64,000 nucleotides of DNA. Origin: a bacterium (lineage in GTDB: Bacteria; Bacillota; Clostridia; Oscillospirales; Oscillospiraceae). This document shows positions 48,188 through 56,871 of the stretch, in pieces (within the stretch, counting starts at the first letter, position 1; each line of letters begins with the position of its first letter). The notes below the pieces were generated by a model. It was given only the letters and a program-made list of their open reading frames with translations, made no database searches and was not told where the DNA came from. Location of the stretch: assembly GCA_963632705.1 (NCBI GenBank), contig CAVGVB010000006.1, forward strand, positions 13,783 to 77,782. Direction: 5' to 3'. The position numbers and the translations under genes were made by a program.

Positions 48188-48571
48188 TTACTGTTTTAGA
48201 AAAGCGCGTTTAAGTGCGGCACCGGCATTTTCAGCCTGAATGGGATTTTCCCGTTTAGGTGGTTTCGGCTTCCTGGGGCTGCTCCAAAATGGTATATTCG
48301 ATGCCGGCCAGCGTACCTCTGCGCGGCATTCCCTCTCCCTATCCCGCACCGCTGCGCAGATGCGGGCCAGTCCTTTCGTGGTGGAGTTCCAATCCTCCGG
48401 CAGTGACAACATTAGGGACAGCAGCCCTTTCACCTTCAGTGACCGCGACTTATCCCGCAGATGGTGATTTGACTGACGGTATAGTTCTGCGTTTTTCTCC
48501 ACCTTGAATACAGCTATGGGCGTTCCCCCTTTCTTAAAATACATTTTGTAAGTTAAAAAGCATAACATCAC
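48188..48571 (-). pseudogene. degenerate helix-turn-helix gene typical of Firmicutes mobile elements
   Basis: The N-terminal part ...LRDKSRSLKVKGLLSLMLSLPEDWNSTTKGLARIC resembles a family I recall from conjugative and integrative elements. The remainder is frame-scrambled and Arg/Pro-rich. Confidence 0.4.
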
Positions 48572-48592
48572 TCAAGCCAAAAGAAATTCCAG

Positions 48593-48621
48593 TTGATGAA
48601 ATGAGCAATATTTGATATAAT
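48593..48621 (+). promoter_or_regulatory. strong sigma-A-type promoter about 280 nt upstream of the HEPN-like gene
   Basis: TTGATG (48593-48598), 17 bp, TATAAT (48616-48621). Confidence 0.55.
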
Positions 48622-48902
48622 GAGTATTGATAAGGCTTTACGCGAAGTGATGAAAGATAACGCAAAAATCTTTTTAAAATTACCTGCACAAACCTTGGTT
48701 ATGCCTCTAACATTACCAAGCCGATAGGCAATCTGTTGCCCATCAACAAGTCATTTGCAGACTCAATGCTATGGTGTATAAAGCGCATTTTTACCATTCA
48801 CGACTCACTTGCTATTGAGCAAAATAATTAATAAATATCTCGAAGACTGATATTGGGTATCGAATAAACTGATAACCACGCTTTACAAAAAGGAGGCTGT
48901 TT

Positions 48903-50669
48903 ATGAAGTATAGCATACCAAGACAAAGCAATCATAATCTAGAATCTGATGGAATAGTATTTTTTGCACAGCGATTGGAGGAAATGCTAGCGGATAGTGC
49001 GGTAGACTTATATAAGATGCCCCTTTTGAATACGCAAAGTTTAGCTTCAGAATACTGTAAAGTTTCAGAAGACGTAACTTCTGGATTACTTAAAGAGCAC
49101 TACAGAACCGCTGTATATGAAGAATTTATTTCTTCCTTCAAAAACGATATTGTTCTTAAGGAAAATTGGGGCAAGGATAATATCGAACGTGTAATAAAAT
49201 CCTTTGGATCTAGTAATCAAAAGACTAAGAACAACATTATCGCGTATATCGATGCAACTTTGGATAATGGTAAATACTTAAACTGGACAAAAGATACTAT
49301 TCTTAAGTATACAAATCTCCCTAAGGAAAAATCAAAAATCGAGGCATTATTAAGGTGTTTCTTACCGGAACTTATTATGTGGGGATATGATCCTGAATTT
49401 ATAGCTGTTACTCTCAATACCCACTTTTTTAGAGGCGCTATCATAAGCAATGACACCGTAAAGAGTTTTTTAGATGTCTTTGACTTGAAAGTCCATGAGT
49501 ATAAAGTGTATTTTTCTGTCTCGACAATCGCCCAAAATTTCAAGACAATCCTTGAGAAAAGATTGCATGTTCACTTTGAAGATGATGGGAATTTTAACTC
49601 TTTTAAGCATGACCGCAATAAAATTGTCATATATTTTGATGGGATCAGAGCGCGTTGTCCAAATACCGCGGCAAAAAGAGCATACAGCTATCTAGACATG
49701 TTTTTTAGTTTTTATAAGTATGTAGGCAATAAGAGAAGCCTTCCTTTGCAAAATAGGGCAATGGTAATTGAAAAAAACACTAGGCCTGTTTTTGTCGGCG
49801 CAAAAAAACAATCCTTTGCCATTATTGAAGATATCAATTATACAGAAATTGGCGAGCAGTCCGATTTCCTTATTACAGGGTTGCTAAACAATGCAGAGAA
49901 TGAATACTCTATGCTTAGCAAAGCTATTGAACTACATAATACTGCCCTCGCTGTTTCCGATTTGAAAAGTGGTTTTTTGAACCTATGGTCAGCCATGGAA
50001 ATCCTTTCGCAAGAACAAGGCTCGGATAGTAAACTTGGCCCTGTACTTGCGTTGGTTATTCCGATTTTGAAAAAAGAATATATTTCAACGCAAATCCGTG
50101 AATTAAACAAAGCAATTAAAGATAATCTATCGCCGGAGGATTATCAGCGCATATATGAACAAATTGCCATTGAAGGTTGTGAAACCAAAAAAACATTTTA
50201 TTTGATATACTTGGATAAATATGCAACTATACGTAATGAATTATTCGAGAAATTGAGTGCTGTGCCTCTTTTGAGGAGTCGAATACACTTACTGTCAAGC
50301 GCTTCTACAACGAAAAAACTAAACACCATGATCACTGCATACAGTCAAAGGATTACATGGCATATGTATCGTATGTACCGAACAAGAAATGCTATTGCTC
50401 ATTCTGGCGATGTTCCGAATAATTTGAAATATCTTGGAGAGCATCTTCGCTCCTATCTAGATTCGACAACAAACGAGTTTGCTGTAAAATTGTCCGGAGA
50501 AATCCCTTTTAGCTCAAGAGAAGATATTATCACGGATTTGAAATTTGCATTATCTAGACTTGAGAGCTTCCTCGAAAAAGATATTCCCATAAACGAAGAG
50601 GTAATCAATGTACTACTACATCCTGAAATCAGTTATACTATGAATTGCGAAAAACATACTCAGCTATAG
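48903..50669 (+). CDS. 588-aa protein with a C-terminal HEPN-like Rx4H motif (Abi-like candidate)
   Basis: AAGGAGG RBS. The gene is AT-rich (about 36-40% GC) against a 60% GC background. The C-terminal alpha-helical region contains ...ITWHMYRMYRTRNAIAHSG (R-N-A-I-A-H at 50385-50402). The N-terminal 330 aa or so have no motif I recognise. Confidence 0.7.
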   Translation: MKYSIPRQSNHNLESDGIVFFAQRLEEMLADSAVDLYKMPLLNTQSLASEYCKVSEDVTSGLLKEHYRTAVYEEFISSFKNDIVLKENWGKDNIERVIKSFGSSNQKTKNNIIAYIDATLDNGKYLNWTKDTILKYTNLPKEKSKIEALLRCFLPELIMWGYDPEFIAVTLNTHFFRGAIISNDTVKSFLDVFDLKVHEYKVYFSVSTIAQNFKTILEKRLHVHFEDDGNFNSFKHDRNKIVIYFDGIRARCPNTAAKRAYSYLDMFFSFYKYVGNKRSLPLQNRAMVIEKNTRPVFVGAKKQSFAIIEDINYTEIGEQSDFLITGLLNNAENEYSMLSKAIELHNTALAVSDLKSGFLNLWSAMEILSQEQGSDSKLGPVLALVIPILKKEYISTQIRELNKAIKDNLSPEDYQRIYEQIAIEGCETKKTFYLIYLDKYATIRNELFEKLSAVPLLRSRIHLLSSASTTKKLNTMITAYSQRITWHMYRMYRTRNAIAHSGDVPNNLKYLGEHLRSYLDSTTNEFAVKLSGEIPFSSREDIITDLKFALSRLESFLEKDIPINEEVINVLLHPEISYTMNCEKHTQL

Positions 50670-50722
50670 TATTTTTGAATGGATATTTACTGCCCTGGAG
50701 TTTTTTCATTTAACACTATACT

Positions 50723-50770
50723 CGAAGCCCGGAATGCCAAAATTTTGGTTTTCCGGGCTTCGTTATATTT
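50723..50770 (+). terminator. intrinsic terminator
   Basis: cgaagcccggaa-(16 nt)-ttccgggcttcg followed by a T-rich tail. Confidence 0.75.
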
Positions 50771-50896
50771 CTGCTATGTACTACGCTACTCGTCCCTTAT
50801 GGAAACAGCAGGTATGTTACTGCCTAATGCACAACTGGGTTTCTAGACAGACTGGGTCGGCGCAGGGGATTGAACTGCGCCGGCTTCTTACATTTA

Positions 50897-52366
50897 TTAT
50901 TTATCATTTTTCTTCAGATACCGTACTTTCTTCACTGCTTCCCAATGCATCGCCTCTGCGTTGATCGGTGGCAAAGTGTCACCCCAGGGAACGGGAGCGT
51001 CAGCCATTTTTACCTCAACCGGCAATCCACCGAAGGGGCGCACGGCATTCGGAGTGGAGATACTCACAGAAGCATTTGGACTACCCTCAAAATGCAGATG
51101 TAATTTTTGACCATACACGGCTGACTCCCAGGGAATCCTGATCATACCCTGTCCGCGGCCTTCCTGTGCTACGATACCGTCACCTACGATGAGCTGAGGA
51201 AAATGAAGTTCGTAGAGTTTTTTGCAAAAGGGTGCTTTGTCCAGCTTTTGCGCAATGCGCCATAGGCGATCCATATTACGGCTGTACTCAATGCACTTTT
51301 TCGCACCATCCTTGCCGGAGATCCTGTGGCCGAAAATGTATTCTTTCTCCTCCAGCGACATATCTGTACACGCCTGGAGTACCGTCGCAAAATTCCGACG
51401 CAATATCCGCATGGGCGGGTGCGAATCCGATGGCGTAAAATTATCAGGCTCGTCGAGCAAGAAAAAGCCTAACTGCTCGCTGGAAACGCCAAATTCCTTC
51501 AACAATTTGAAAGCAAAATTTGAATAATCAGGCCCGCGGCATGGCGTTTTAAACTCATTTCCAAAGCAGACGATGGGTAACTCCCCGATATCCTTGTTCG
51601 CGCCCATACTCTGCTGCACAAATTTTTTCCGCTTCTGCAGAGCACCCTCGATTTCAATGTGAACGGGAACGCACCGTAGCGCGTTTTTTGTTTTCACCTG
51701 CTTGCTGTACATCAATTTATCATTCAAAATTTCGTCAATTTTCAGGTAATGCCGGTCTGGATGATCTGGGAACGAGCGAAAATCGTTCCACCGCAGTCCA
51801 CGGCACTCCGCGGGGCGCATGCCAGTGTACAATGAGATCAAAATGCCGCAGAAGCGCCCGTCCTCCAGTGCATGTTCCGCCGCATATAGCGCCAGACGTC
51901 CCTGCTGCCCAATTGTCAAGGCCCGCGGGCAACTATCGTTCAGCTCCGCGTTTGCCTCTGCCGGGGCTAAGATCCTCTGCATCATCAAAGTCGTAAGATT
52001 ATTCGACTTATCTCCTGCACGATTTTTTGAAAGGATGTTGTAAGCATGTCCGCATGTAGCGGCGTAGGAAAAGACGTCCCGCAATGACGAGATGATCGTC
52101 TTAACGGTCGCTTCTTGGTATTTGCATTCCTTAGCGACTTTAGAGACAGCGAGCAGAATATTTGCCGGAGTAATTTCGGAGATTGACATATCTAGATGGC
52201 CTGCAACCTTTTTGATGTAGTCATCGTATTGGCGAAGTGTCGTACAGGTTTCAAAACTGTATTGATCTCCCGCCTGGATCGCCCAGTGGCGATCTTTTGC
52301 GATAGAAATGCAGTGTTTTTTCCGGTAGCTCTTAAGGCTCAAATCTCCATCAGTCTTAGATTTCAT
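50897..52366 (-). CDS. tyrosine recombinase-like protein with a C-terminal extension of about 130 aa
   Basis: 489 aa. Arg-I in LYTGMRPAECRGLRW, a beta-hairpin Lys in KTKNALRCVPV, ILRRNFATVL (the R of HxxR is kept, the H is replaced by R), FGHR, and Tyr in CIEYS. Confidence 0.7.
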   Translation of the reverse strand: MKSKTDGDLSLKSYRKKHCISIAKDRHWAIQAGDQYSFETCTTLRQYDDYIKKVAGHLDMSISEITPANILLAVSKVAKECKYQEATVKTIISSLRDVFSYAATCGHAYNILSKNRAGDKSNNLTTLMMQRILAPAEANAELNDSCPRALTIGQQGRLALYAAEHALEDGRFCGILISLYTGMRPAECRGLRWNDFRSFPDHPDRHYLKIDEILNDKLMYSKQVKTKNALRCVPVHIEIEGALQKRKKFVQQSMGANKDIGELPIVCFGNEFKTPCRGPDYSNFAFKLLKEFGVSSEQLGFFLLDEPDNFTPSDSHPPMRILRRNFATVLQACTDMSLEEKEYIFGHRISGKDGAKKCIEYSRNMDRLWRIAQKLDKAPFCKKLYELHFPQLIVGDGIVAQEGRGQGMIRIPWESAVYGQKLHLHFEGSPNASVSISTPNAVRPFGGLPVEVKMADAPVPWGDTLPPINAEAMHWEAVKKVRYLKKNDK

Positions 52367-52367
52367 A

Positions 52368-53863
52368 TTAAGTCACCTTTGATTTTAGTTTTGCCGTGAA
52401 GAACATATTATCGTTTGATTTGATGCAAAGTAGTAAATCGCTTCCAGCTTCAAAATTGTGTTCTGAAATGCCGTCTATGTCGATTATGACATCACCACTG
52501 AAGCGACAGTTCGGGGTGGAGGTCATCACAGCATCTTCGTCTTTGCGGCTAATCTTGAACTCGGATACATCGTAGGGTGTTTCTGTCAAAGATATGGCGT
52601 ATTTATCCAGTATTGCGGCCAGCTTCGCCAACTCCCGCGGATCGTCAAAAGCGCAATAATTCCGCGCAAATACGCTCTCAGGTGCGTTGCCACACAAATA
52701 GTGAATTTCCTCTTCGTCACATCCGCAAGAATCCAGCGTCGATCTGAAAGTGGCTCTTAAAGTTCGTTCTGGATTCTTTGTCAAACTCTTTAGCTCCGGC
52801 TGTTTTGAGAAATCGAAGCTCTTGAAAAATCCTTTTAACCACCGATCAAACTCATCCGGACGCATTCTACGCGCCGCATTTTTGGGACTACGAATGAATG
52901 GCATATCCTCCTGTATGCATTGTGCGTTATCTTTTACCTTTCGGTAAAACGTTGCCACCGTCGGCGGCAGTGGCAACGTCCGCCGACGCGGCCAATTTAG
53001 CGCTTCAAGTCGATACACCTCACCTGTATGCTTTGCTTCTGCTGCAATTTCAATAATAATGATTCCTGTATAGGTGTTTGAGAAAGAAAATGCCCCCACG
53101 TCAGTGCGCATAGCTCACTGATCGTGATGCCTGTAGTCAACATCAAGATAAGGCCAAAATATAGGTAGCCCCGGCTGCTTTCAAGGTTCTCGGCGCAGGT
53201 TGCGACGATTTCCCGCACCTGAGCGTGAGTCAAGATGTTTTTCTCGAAATGCCTGCTCGCATCCCGCGGCCCAACAACTACGCGGCGGTTTCCCATGGCG
53301 AACGTGTCCACGAAATGGCTTGAGATCAAACATTGGGTCTCCTCGTATATAACCAATGCCCTCATAGCGTAGATCTGACCATTAATCTGATAGTCAGAAT
53401 AGCCTCCCTCGCGCAAATGTAAAGCAAATTTTTCTTGCGTAATTTCACAAAAAGGTATCCGGTCAAATTTGCTTACAAGCAGTTCAAATGAACGCATATA
53501 TGCTTTTTTCGTGGACGTTGACCACTTCATATACTGGGCGACCCAATCAAAGTCCGCTGCGATCAACGCGGCCAACGGCAGACTCTGAGCAAACTTTTTC
53601 CGTAACGAACATCCCGCTTTTGTATCGGGATCAAAGGCGCGCTGGAGGCATTCGGGAACCAGCGTGCGCACATACTCCTCCAGTCCAATTGCATCAGGTG
53701 CGCGGAAAATGTGTGCCTTGTGTTCATAGCAAACGCGCCCTGCACCATCGATGTGCACACCATCGCTAGAACGCAAGGAAAGAAATACTGTAGGACCCGC
53801 TTTACGCGCCTCTACGCGGTAGGTGATAGTTACGCCAAAGAAATCGATGCTGTTAAGCTTCAT
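52368..53863 (-). pseudogene. second tyrosine recombinase-like gene, frameshifted and with degenerate catalytic residues
   Basis: The track ORFs 52997-53863 and 52368-53111 overlap in different frames. Joining them near GGGGG/TTTTC (about 53075-53095) gives ...TTGITISELCALTWG(H/A)FSFSNTYTGIIIIEIAAEAKHTGEVYRL... Arg-I is replaced by Thr and LGH by CGN, while Tyr is kept (ARNY). The stop lies 1 nt before the downstream ATG. Confidence 0.6.
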
Positions 53864-53885
53864 ATATTAACCCTCATGCGGCACA

Positions 53886-54008
53886 GTGGCCGGAGGGGAG
53901 GTATTAAATTATTATCATCATCTTGGTGTCATTCTCCTTTCAAGCGAGTAATCGTACTCTCGCATATATTATTATAGTCTCTTCAGCGGCTCCCTCCCCT
54001 CCGTCCAC
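53886..54008. repeat. 16-bp inverted repeats flanking a 91-bp AT-rich spacer next to the recombinase start
   Basis: GTGGCCGGAGGGGAGG (53886-53901) against CCTCCCCTCCGTCCAC (53993-54008). 15 of 16 positions are complementary. Confidence 0.6.
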
Positions 54009-54260
54009 GCCCGCGCCTGCGGCAATGAAGCAGTAGTAAATAGCCTTTTTTTAGTAAAAAAAGACAAAGTCACCCTAAGGTAACCTTGTCTCAAAAACGT
54101 GTGGTATCTTCAAATCGGAAAGAGGATAAACTTCTTCCCCTAATAAAAAGCTTCGTAATTATACTTCTACGATACCATGTTTTTTGATCATGTCAACCCC
54201 TTTGGCGGGGCAAATTTTCCGTTCTTTATAGAAATGCTTTCGGATGCGTTTTTATGAGGC

Positions 54261-54300
54261 AAAAAATAAAGTGTGCAATCATTGCACACTTTATTTTTAT
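54261..54300. repeat. palindromic hairpin family, copy 2 (terminator-like)
   Basis: aaaaaataaagtgtgcaatcattgcacactttatttttat, about 30 nt downstream of the stop of the 840-aa gene. Confidence 0.9.
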
Positions 54301-54328
54301 AGCGGCATCACGCACATTTTTCGAGTGC

Positions 54329-56851
54329 TTACCATCCTTCCTCCCACTCATCCCACGCTTCATCGAGGTCGTCGTAGCCACCGTCCTCGTAGAGGTCCTC
54401 CGGGTCGCCGTAGTCCTCGCGGAGACTGTAGCCGCTGCCGGGACCGGTGTCGGTGCTGCCGCCACCGTAGTTGAATGTTTGGGGCGGTTTCGGTTTCTGC
54501 TGTTGCTGCTGGGCTTGGTAGGCGGCGATTTGCGCTTCTAATTCTTCGCGTTCTGCGATCATATCCGGCAAATCATCCCGCAAATCTGTGATCTCAGAAG
54601 CAAATTCTCCATCATAATCCGCAGGGATCAACTGGAGCAGCTCCAGCGCCTGCTTATAGGAAGTGGAGTTGAATAGTTGCGTCAGTGAGTAAGCCTCTGC
54701 GTAAACCCGCAGTACCGGTGTGTCTTTGTAGTTGCCCAACTCCTCCAAATAAGGTTGCGCCATGTACGGTTGGTGCTGCCGCAGCCTCATAATAGCTTTA
54801 CGGTAGATGGATGCATGCAATTGGAGAGTCATATCCGTAAGTAAATCGTTGCCTTGCTTTCGGAATGAGCCCAAATCTCCTGAACTCTTTAGAAGGTCAA
54901 TTCCGCCGCGGAGGGAGTCCTCCGTGTTTGTGTTCAATGCAACGCCAGCCTTGGCTACAGTCAGCAATGCAGGCTGCTCGGCTATGTTTTCGGGTACGTC
55001 TTCTGCCAGCTCCACCGCTTTTTTGTAGTTACCTTTCGCAAACAGCTCCGCCGCAGTCTGATACTGTTGTTCCCAAGCGGCAAGCCGCTTTGCCTGCGAA
55101 TGGCGGCTCAATAGAACGCCGCCCACAACCATCACCGCCAATGCCGCAACTACGAGAAAGGGAGCAAAGTTCCTTTTCCTCCGTGGCGGCGTCTCTTGCG
55201 GTGCTTCATCCGGCGTACCGCCTGCAGGTGGAGTCTGTTCCGGTGTCTCTGCAGCAGCTGAAGTTTGGAGCTTGGTGGTGGGTGTGCTCTCCGGTTTCAC
55301 AGGTTTGGGCTGTTCCTGCGGCTGCTGCCCCTTGGGCTGCGGTTTTGGCTCGGCGGGCTCTTTTCCCACAGGCTCTTGTGGTTTGGGGAGTATCTCCAGC
55401 ACACACTTGGTTTTCTCCGGCGGCCACGGAGCAGTGTCACGAGTATAGTTACCTACAGCATGAACAACGCCTTCTTTCAGCTCATTGTTTTTACCGTAGG
55501 GCACACGCACATGGTCACCCTTCTTCACAGGCAGACCATTGGTCAGGTAGGAATAGCGCCGGCCATGGTCCACCCGCACGAAGCAGTAGCGATACATCGG
55601 CGTGCTATCATCCACGTCCGCGTATTCTTCCATGAGGGAATCAAACTCATCCGCGTCTTCATGCCACTCCTCTCGCGGCAGCGGATTTGACTGCAGCAGC
55701 GCGTATAAATGATCGGCCAGCTTTGTTTTTCTCCGTTCAAAGGCAGCTTGGATCAGGTATAAGTGCAGCTTGCATACATAACGACTGCGGAATACCATCT
55801 CCGCAAGGACATCATCCACCTGAATAGCGTCAAGCAGCGGAGCTATGGCATCTTCATCAAATTCCTTGTAGTACCAAAGGAAGTCAAGTATATAAAAGAA
55901 ATCCTCAGAAAGGAAATCGTCTTGCAGCGGCTCCTGCTCTTCCGGCAGAGAGCGCCACATGGCGATAGCACGCTGCGGGTCGGCGGTGTAGATGCCTTTC
56001 AGCAGGTCCGAAGCGTACATATTGAAGAGATCCTCGATTTTGTACTCGTCCTTCAGCTCCGGAAATTGCTCCACGATCCGTGCCACGGCGGAGTCTTCGT
56101 AGTCCATGGGGTCGACCTTTTCGCCGCGAAGCCGTTTCCAATGCGTGGTGAAGTATCCTAAGTAACGATTGTCGCGGGTATCCGCTTTTTCGTCTGTGCA
56201 TCCTGCGAAGAACGCTGCCAAGGGCAGAATGCTGCATAAAGCATCCTCTATGGCACTCTCCGTAAGATTTTCGCCGTCAAAGGCACGGCCCATATAGAGG
56301 TGTCCGTCCTGCATGGAGGGTTCTTCTTTGTCGTAGGGCGGCAGTTGTTCGATCATCAACTCCCAGAACTTGCCGCAGGCCTTATCCGTCAGCTGGCCTT
56401 CCGGCTGGAACAGAGGCTGCCTGGAACGAACAGCCTTTTCTATTGTCGCGCTGTTGCTGATGCCACTGAAATCCGCCAAATCGTTGGCCAGCGCCCGATA
56501 GGGATAGAAAACGCGTCCGATAACGGAGTCATCTACCTCGTCGTCCCACGCTCCATTCCACAGGCCACTTTCGATGAGTCCAGTAGAAACTTGACAGAGT
56601 ACTACCCTCCATGCGAAGGCTTTTGATTCCGGATATGTAGGCAGCAGCCTTGAGACCGCATCCACGAATGTGAGGGCGGCATTGCGCGTAGTCACGGCGG
56701 CATTTTTCCACCACGCATTCTGTTGTTCACGTGCGGCTTTGCGCTGCTCAAGGATGCGGCGCGGGATAGGCCCGCTGTCGCCGCACCAGCCACATTCCCA
56801 TATGCTTTTGTGCAGAATTACATTCGGCGCGCCACAGGATGGACATTTCAT
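54329..56851 (-). CDS. 840-aa zinc-ribbon / single-pass membrane / TPR-like protein, function unknown
   Basis: N-terminal CxxC...CxxC (MKCPSCGAPNVILHKSIWECGWCG) and a cytoplasmic region of about 430 aa. A PriA-N-terminal-like segment follows (YRYCFVRVDHGRRYSYLTNGLPVKKGDHVRVPYGKNNELKEGVV). Then come a Pro/Gln-rich linker, a TM helix (FAPFLVVAALAVMVVGGVLL), a helical-repeat ectodomain and an acidic tail. The RBS is aagggggtg. Confidence 0.75.
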   Translation of the reverse strand: MKCPSCGAPNVILHKSIWECGWCGDSGPIPRRILEQRKAAREQQNAWWKNAAVTTRNAALTFVDAVSRLLPTYPESKAFAWRVVLCQVSTGLIESGLWNGAWDDEVDDSVIGRVFYPYRALANDLADFSGISNSATIEKAVRSRQPLFQPEGQLTDKACGKFWELMIEQLPPYDKEEPSMQDGHLYMGRAFDGENLTESAIEDALCSILPLAAFFAGCTDEKADTRDNRYLGYFTTHWKRLRGEKVDPMDYEDSAVARIVEQFPELKDEYKIEDLFNMYASDLLKGIYTADPQRAIAMWRSLPEEQEPLQDDFLSEDFFYILDFLWYYKEFDEDAIAPLLDAIQVDDVLAEMVFRSRYVCKLHLYLIQAAFERRKTKLADHLYALLQSNPLPREEWHEDADEFDSLMEEYADVDDSTPMYRYCFVRVDHGRRYSYLTNGLPVKKGDHVRVPYGKNNELKEGVVHAVGNYTRDTAPWPPEKTKCVLEILPKPQEPVGKEPAEPKPQPKGQQPQEQPKPVKPESTPTTKLQTSAAAETPEQTPPAGGTPDEAPQETPPRRKRNFAPFLVVAALAVMVVGGVLLSRHSQAKRLAAWEQQYQTAAELFAKGNYKKAVELAEDVPENIAEQPALLTVAKAGVALNTNTEDSLRGGIDLLKSSGDLGSFRKQGNDLLTDMTLQLHASIYRKAIMRLRQHQPYMAQPYLEELGNYKDTPVLRVYAEAYSLTQLFNSTSYKQALELLQLIPADYDGEFASEITDLRDDLPDMIAEREELEAQIAAYQAQQQQQKPKPPQTFNYGGGSTDTGPGSGYSLREDYGDPEDLYEDGGYDDLDEAWDEWEEGW

Positions 56852-56871
56852 GGAGACACCCCCTTGCTTTC

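Noticed and set aside
48119-48190. G7 run and small hairpin between the flavin reductase gene and the HTH remnant, considered as a possible att site or phase-variable tract
   Set aside because: It is intergenic with no associated ORF start, and no matching repeat occurs elsewhere in the window.
50852-50884. tRNA 3'-end-like fragment (minus strand G-TTCAATC-CCCTG-CGCCGAC-C) just beyond the recombinase stop, which might mark a tRNA-derived att site
   Set aside because: The 5' strand of the would-be T-stem does not pair, and there is no CCA, no remainder of a tRNA, and no second copy in the window. It may simply be an 8-bp stem hairpin (cggcgcag/ctgcgccg).
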